Under the pieces are notes generated by a model. The model had not been told where the DNA came from, made no database searches, and was given only the letters and a program-made list of their open reading frames with translations. Of a DNA stretch of 64,000 nucleotides, positions 58,468-64,000 are shown in pieces. The position numbers were made by a program, and so were the translations under genes. Position 1 is the first letter of the stretch. Every line of letters starts with the position of its first letter. Origin of the DNA: Monocercomonoides exilis PA203 (Eukaryota > Protista > Preaxostyla); contig LSRY02000030.1 in the NCBI GenBank assembly GCA_001643675.2, positions 620,001 through 684,000 on the forward strand. Reading direction: 5' to 3'.

Positions 58468-59994
58468 TTGAGAGAGTTTCTCTGAAAAAATTGAAAATTA
58501 TAAAATAAATTAAAAAACATCATTTGTCATTCAACCATTCATTTCTTATAAAAATATTGCAAACTCTGTAAAATTTGAAATTTTGAAGGAATCTGTGCAA
58601 ATGCAAAATGAAACCAAAAACAACAAATAAATTCGTTTTTCAGAATTGTTGTGAAAAATTCGCATAAAAAGAATTAGAAACAATAGATCAAATGTTCATT
58701 AGCACAGGAGTCTAAACCTCTTTTTCCATCAATGACTTTTGCCTCAAAACAAGCAAATAAGAGAAAAAATATTCTCCTTTTTGAGCAAATAAATAAGGGT
58801 TTGCAACCTTTAATTTTAAAAATGAAGATTTTTGCTTGATGTTTATCTTCAATATGAGGATGTCTGAGATGCTTAGACATGCGGCCACAGATGCACCCAT
58901 GTGAGTTATGGAACTGCAGAAGAACAGGGATTTAACTATCAAATGGAGGAGCGAGTGGCTGTTTGCATCGATTGCTTGTGAAAAGTGAATTGGTGGAGGA
59001 GATTGCATGATATTTAAACTTATTAATATATTGCAAAACATATGACGCGACATCAGTTTCAATATTTTGAATGAAAAATAACTCAAGCAAGATGCAGAAA
59101 AAGCGATGAGAATAGCAGAAAGATTGAATTGAACCACTTGTTCATTTCAAGGGAAATATGTTTCACTTCACATATCTTTTGCGCATGACTTGCTTTGCGT
59201 GATTTTTTGTGGGATGGTTGGTTTTGTGGAAAAGGAAAGGGAATTGAGGGGTTGGACAATGGAGGAAACGAGCAGAGCGAGACACTCAGCAGGCCTCAAT
59301 AACAATCGTATTTGCCTTTTGAACGAAGCAAGTTGGAAAGCCATCAGCAAAGACATTGCGTTGAATTGGGTTTTGAAAAGGAGTTAATTTGGAGAATATG
59401 TGTTTTTATCTGATATCATGGTCAGCTTCACAAGGGATTCTCTGTGTTCGATGATGTTCTTTGCCAGCCATTTATAATCCAGTTATCTGCTTTTTTTTGT
59501 GAAGGTGAGATTCAATTTTGGAGAGCAAAACAGCCAACTGGGCTGATAATTACCAATCCCTTGGAGATGGAAAATATTTTAAAGCCAAAAAGATGGTTTG
59601 ATTTTTTTGATTTCATTCATTTTTCTTAAATGGGGTATTTTCAATGAATACAGAATGACTATGAACAGGAATGCCATAGAAAGAGAAGCCTTTTTATCCT
59701 TTTTCAAAAGATTCGAAGTTTTGAGACTATTCTTGTATGAATTACACACACCGATGGCATTCGTGTCTTTTGCCATCTGTCTTGCATGCTGCATAGCATA
59801 ACAATGTTTTGCAAGAGCTTGAAAGAGAGAAAAAGCAGTTTGTTTGGGATATTTGTTGAGAGTGTTTGGCAGAGGCGAATCTTTCATCAGAGATGATGAG
59901 CTGACAGGGTACTCTCGTTCACAACAAATTTATCTTTTTTTGTCGATCAATTTGAATTGGAAAAGCTGACATCTTCTATTTTTCTTCCCCTTCC

Positions 59995-60140
59995 CCTTCT
60001 TCTTCTTCTTCTTCTTCTTCTTCTTCTTCTTCTTCTTCTTCTTCTTCTTCTTCTTCTTCTTCTTCTTCTTCTCCTCCTCCTCCTCCTCCTCCTCCTCCTC
60101 CTCCTTCTTCTTCTTCTTCTTCTTCTTCTTCTTCTTCTTC
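59995..60140 (+). repeat. Compound microsatellite (TTC)n(TCC)n(TTC)n
   Basis: Visible directly. Confidence 0.95.
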
Positions 60141-60610
60141 GCTTTCATCATCATCTATGTTATCTTTTTTATCTTCATTCTCAAGTCAGTGTGTACAATA
60201 ATATTATCTGCAATTTCCTTATAACAAAGAGAAACCACAGATTAATTTGCATGACTTTTTTTTCTCTTTCCTTCTCCATCTCCTTCATTTTCATGTGCTT
60301 CTTCTTCTTCTTCTTCTCTTTCTTCTTCTTCTCTTTCTTCTTCTCTTTCTTCTTCTCTTTCTTCTTCTTCTTCTTCTTTCAAACAAACTCGCAATTTTTC
60401 CAACACATTTTCGAATGAACAAAATTCCAATGAAAATGTTCATTTTGATTTTTCTTCTTCTCTTCCGCCTTCGTTTATCTCTTCCACTCCAATTAATTTG
60501 GATTCTATGAATGAAAAATCAATTTCTTCTTTTTCTTCTTCTTCTTCTTCTTCTTCTTCCATCATCTTTTCAGGAGGAAGTGGTGATTTCATAACTTCTT
60601 GGCTTGTGAC

Positions 60611-61303
60611 TTCTTCTTCCTCTTCCTCTTCTTCCTCTTCCTCTTCCTCTTCCTCTTCCTCTTCCTCTTCCTCTTCCTCTTCCTCTTCTTCCTCTTCCTC
60701 TTCCTCTTCCTCTTCCTCTTCCTCTTCCTCTTCCTCTTCCTCTTCCTCTTCTTCTTCTCCTTCTCCTTCTTCTTCCTCTTCCTCTTCCTCTTCCTCTTCC
60801 TCTTCCTCTTCCTCTTCCTCTTCCTCTTCCTCTTCCTCTTCCTCTTCCTCTTCCTCTTCCTCTTCCTCTTCCTCTTCCTCTTCCTCTTCCTCTTCCTCTT
60901 CCTCTTCCTCTTCCTCTTCCTCTTCCTCTTCCTCTTCCTCTTCCTCTTCCTCTTCCTCTTCCTCTTCCTCTTCCTCTTCCTCTTCCTCTTCCTCTTCCTC
61001 TTCTTCTTCTCCTTCTCCTTCTTCTTCCTCTTCCTCTTCCTCTTCCTCTTCCTCTTCCTCTTCCTCTTCCTCTTCCTCTTCCTCTTCCTCTTCTTCCTCT
61101 TCCTCTTCCTCTTCCTCTTCCTCTTCCTCTTCCTCTTCCTCTTCCTCTTCCTCTTCCTCTTCCTCTTCCTCTTCCTCTTCCTCTTCTTCTTCTCCTTCTC
61201 CTTCTTCTTCCTCTTCCTCTTCCTCTTCCTCTTCCTCTTCCTCCTCCTTTTCTTCTCCTTCCTCTTCCTCTCCTTCATCATCATCTTCTTCTTCTTCTTC
61301 TTC
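60611..61303 (+). repeat. ~700-bp (TCTTCC)n microsatellite, poly-Glu on the minus strand
   Basis: Hexamer array with three TTCTTCTTCTCCTTCTCC interruptions. Confidence 0.95.
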
Positions 61304-62199
61304 CAACACAAATTCATTTCCTTCTCATAACATCTCAGATATCCACAGTTCAGATGATATTTCTTCATCTTTTCTGAGTTTGTCTCCTTCTTCTCCCTCA
61401 AAACACACAAATGACAACACAAACAGAAACAGAAATAAAAGTAAAACAAAAAGAAGCATCAAAACAACAAATTCATCATCATCATCATCATGTTCTTCTT
61501 TCTCTTCTTCTTCTTCCTCCTTTTCTTCTCCTTCTTCCTCATCCTCCTCTTCCTCCTCTTCCTCTTCCTCTTCCTCTTCCTCCTCTTCTTCCCCTTCTTC
61601 TTCAACTTTAACGTTTTCTAAGATGAGCAACATAATGAATATTGTTATTTCCATTTCAACGAACTTTCATCGAATTCCTCGTCAAATATCTGCTTTCTTT
61701 TCAATTCAGAAAGACAAAAGGAATGTTTCTTCTATCGCGAAATTTCAGCTGAAGTTATATGTCAATGAAAGTGATTCAATGTCAAACCAAGAATAGCCGA
61801 TCATCAGGCAAGAAATCAACATGAAAATCGAATCTGGCTTTTTCATTTCAAAACTGAAGTTAACGCCGAAAATAGAAAGAGCAAGGTTTAAAAAGATTTC
61901 TTTGAACATACAGTTGCAAGGATGGTTTTCGAGAGATTTCACAAGGCCACATGCCTTCAACAAGTCGCAGAAGATGAAACGATGAGGGAAACATATTTAT
62001 TTGAAAAGGCAAATTTGGAGGAGAATTCTAAGCAACAAGAGAATAAATGCCCGACAAGCAATGTTGATTTCATCAACCGCGTGTATGATGCAAATTCTTC
62101 TATTTTATGTTCCAACAACTTAAATTTCTTCGACTTTGCATTCATTTGCACATTAATTCACCGACAAGTAAGCCGATGAAATGATTTCAGCCTTATGAT

Positions 62200-63070
62200 C
62201 TGCACTTTCTTCAGAAGCCTCGTCTCATTGTGCGCACTCTTGTTGGGAGTCTTTTCCAACTCGCAATTCACTTCCTTGATGCCAAGTATTCTTTCCACAT
62301 GTTCATTGTCAGCTGTATGCCCGTTGATAAAGATTTATTAATCGAAATTCCAATCACCGAATGCTTCTGTTCTGTCATGTCCAACAGCCGAGTTGTCATT
62401 TTCAGTGATGCTTGTCATGAAAGTGAACAAGGGTTCCTTCACAGAAGCGACAAGGGATTCGCACACAAAATACACATCTCTTCCGACGCTGGCCTTGTTG
62501 GATGAAAACACGATATTGGTGATGGAAAAGGAAGATATTGATACTTTGTGAGCCATTGTCGAGCTCAATCATGAGAGTCACTCCTCTTCTGCCTGTTGTA
62601 TCATTGCCCGCGTTCTTTCTTATGCAGAATCAGCCAAAAATGGTGTGAAGGTTAATTTGCCAGCAGGGATGGATTGAAGATATTGTGGTGTTGAGTCAAA
62701 ACTGATCATGGAGCATTTGCCGAAGGTGAAGGAGATGAGATTTGAGATCGCGGAATGATTGAGGAAAAGAAAGTGCTTGAAAGAGATGCCTCACGTCCTC
62801 AGCAATGCTTTATAAAAAAAAGGAGGATTTGGATGATGCAGATAGGAAATAGAAGGAAGAGGAGAAGAGAATTGGGATGGAAGGTTAGAAAACAGTATCA
62901 TTGGAAGCATGAAGAATTAAAAGAGGGTAGAGTAAGTTATCCTGATTGATTGTTATCTCCCAGATGTCACATTCTCCGTTTGATGAAGCTGTTGAGCTGC
63001 ACAGCTGACACGGAAATTTAAAGAAACAGTAATAGCTGAAGAATTGGAAGAAAGCAAGCATTTGCCATCA
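62200..63070 (-). pseudogene. Decayed surface-protein fragment; inverted paralog of 3900-5000
   Basis: ITNIVFSSNKASVGRDVYFVCESLVASVKEPLFTFM is nearly identical to the 4630-4740 segment. Confidence 0.8.
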
Positions 63071-64000
63071 TTTGAAAAGTTGAAGTTTATTATTCAAATT
63101 GCAATCTTCTCCATTCTGTATTTATAATGTTCTTAAAGTATTCCTATTATAAAACATGTTTTGAAACCTTTTATTTTTCTTTTAAGATTGATTTTTCATG
63201 CTTTTTTTTAATTGTTCTTTTTTGAAACTTGATCAAAAAATTCTATTTCACTTTAAACATAAAAATAGGTATGCATTTTTGTTTAAACAAATAAAACAAA
63301 TACCTGTTGTAGCAACACATGCTTGATACTATTGAGAAATCGGTTTTTGCTGATCCAAAATACAACTTTTGACTTTGTTTTTATCTCTTTCTGATCTTGA
63401 TTTATGTATCAAAAATAATTACACTGATTAATTAAATAAACAACGTTTTTTTGTCACAGGAAATAATTTTCTTGTTTCGAAATAACTTCACAACAATCTA
63501 TTCATTAAGTTATTTGTCTCATAAATATATTTATCGTTCAAAAGTTATAAATAGAATCATAAATAATTATTTTCAAATTCAAAAAAAATATTTTGTTCAG
63601 TGAATGACTTGGAAATGATAGTTTTTATTTCTATTTTAAAATATTGAATTTCATGCAATAAATATTTGTTTTTAAAAAAATGAACTGAACATTCAAAATA
63701 TTAACTTTTCTTTTTGCCCATTATTAATTTTTGAATAAGACAAAGAGAACAATGTCTGCTTTACCGCAACGGGTTTGTTTTCATTTTTATTCGCATTTTA
63801 AGTTTTTTAAGTTTTTGAATTTTTTATGTTCATTATGGTATATTTCTTGATGTCTTTCTTTTTTTTTTTCTACAAATGAAATTTTGAAATTATTTTTAGG
63901 AAATAATGACTGAACAATTCAAGGGTCTGTAATTCATTTTCATTTTATCAACTTGTGCTATTTTTTCTTTATGCAGCATTGCTTTTTGAACTTGAAGATC

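Noticed and set aside
59930-61796. Poly-K/R, poly-L/F, poly-S and poly-E ORFs as real proteins
   Set aside because: The microsatellite lacks stops in all frames; there is no independent coding evidence.
1-64000. CRISPR array, rRNA, or prokaryotic operon/defence system
   Set aside because: No regularly spaced repeat-spacer units and no rRNA motifs; the sequence is eukaryotic with spliceosomal introns.

Overview
AT-rich eukaryotic DNA with short GT-AG introns and the standard genetic code. The gene families resemble those of the oxymonad protist Monocercomonoides; this is an inference from protein motifs, not a database result. The window has one intact 3056-aa receptor-like gene (17790-26960: beta-helix-type Cys/Gly-rich ectodomain, TM helix, degenerate kinase-like tail), a 687-aa hypothetical gene, several copies of a lineage-specific helical family, and many decayed surface-protein fragments. 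About half of the window is cut-and-paste DNA transposons whose ends can be read from TIRs and target-site duplications: hAT (8-bp TSD), pogo/Tc1-mariner-like (TA TSD) and GG..CC-ended Merlin-like elements, several of them nested. The most notable pattern is that elements of three TIR superfamilies each enclose host gene cargo. The cargo is surface-protein sequence or the helical family, and one carrier is an apparently autonomous hAT. This suggests a Pack-element-like route for amplifying and shuffling surface-protein genes. All alignments were done by eye.
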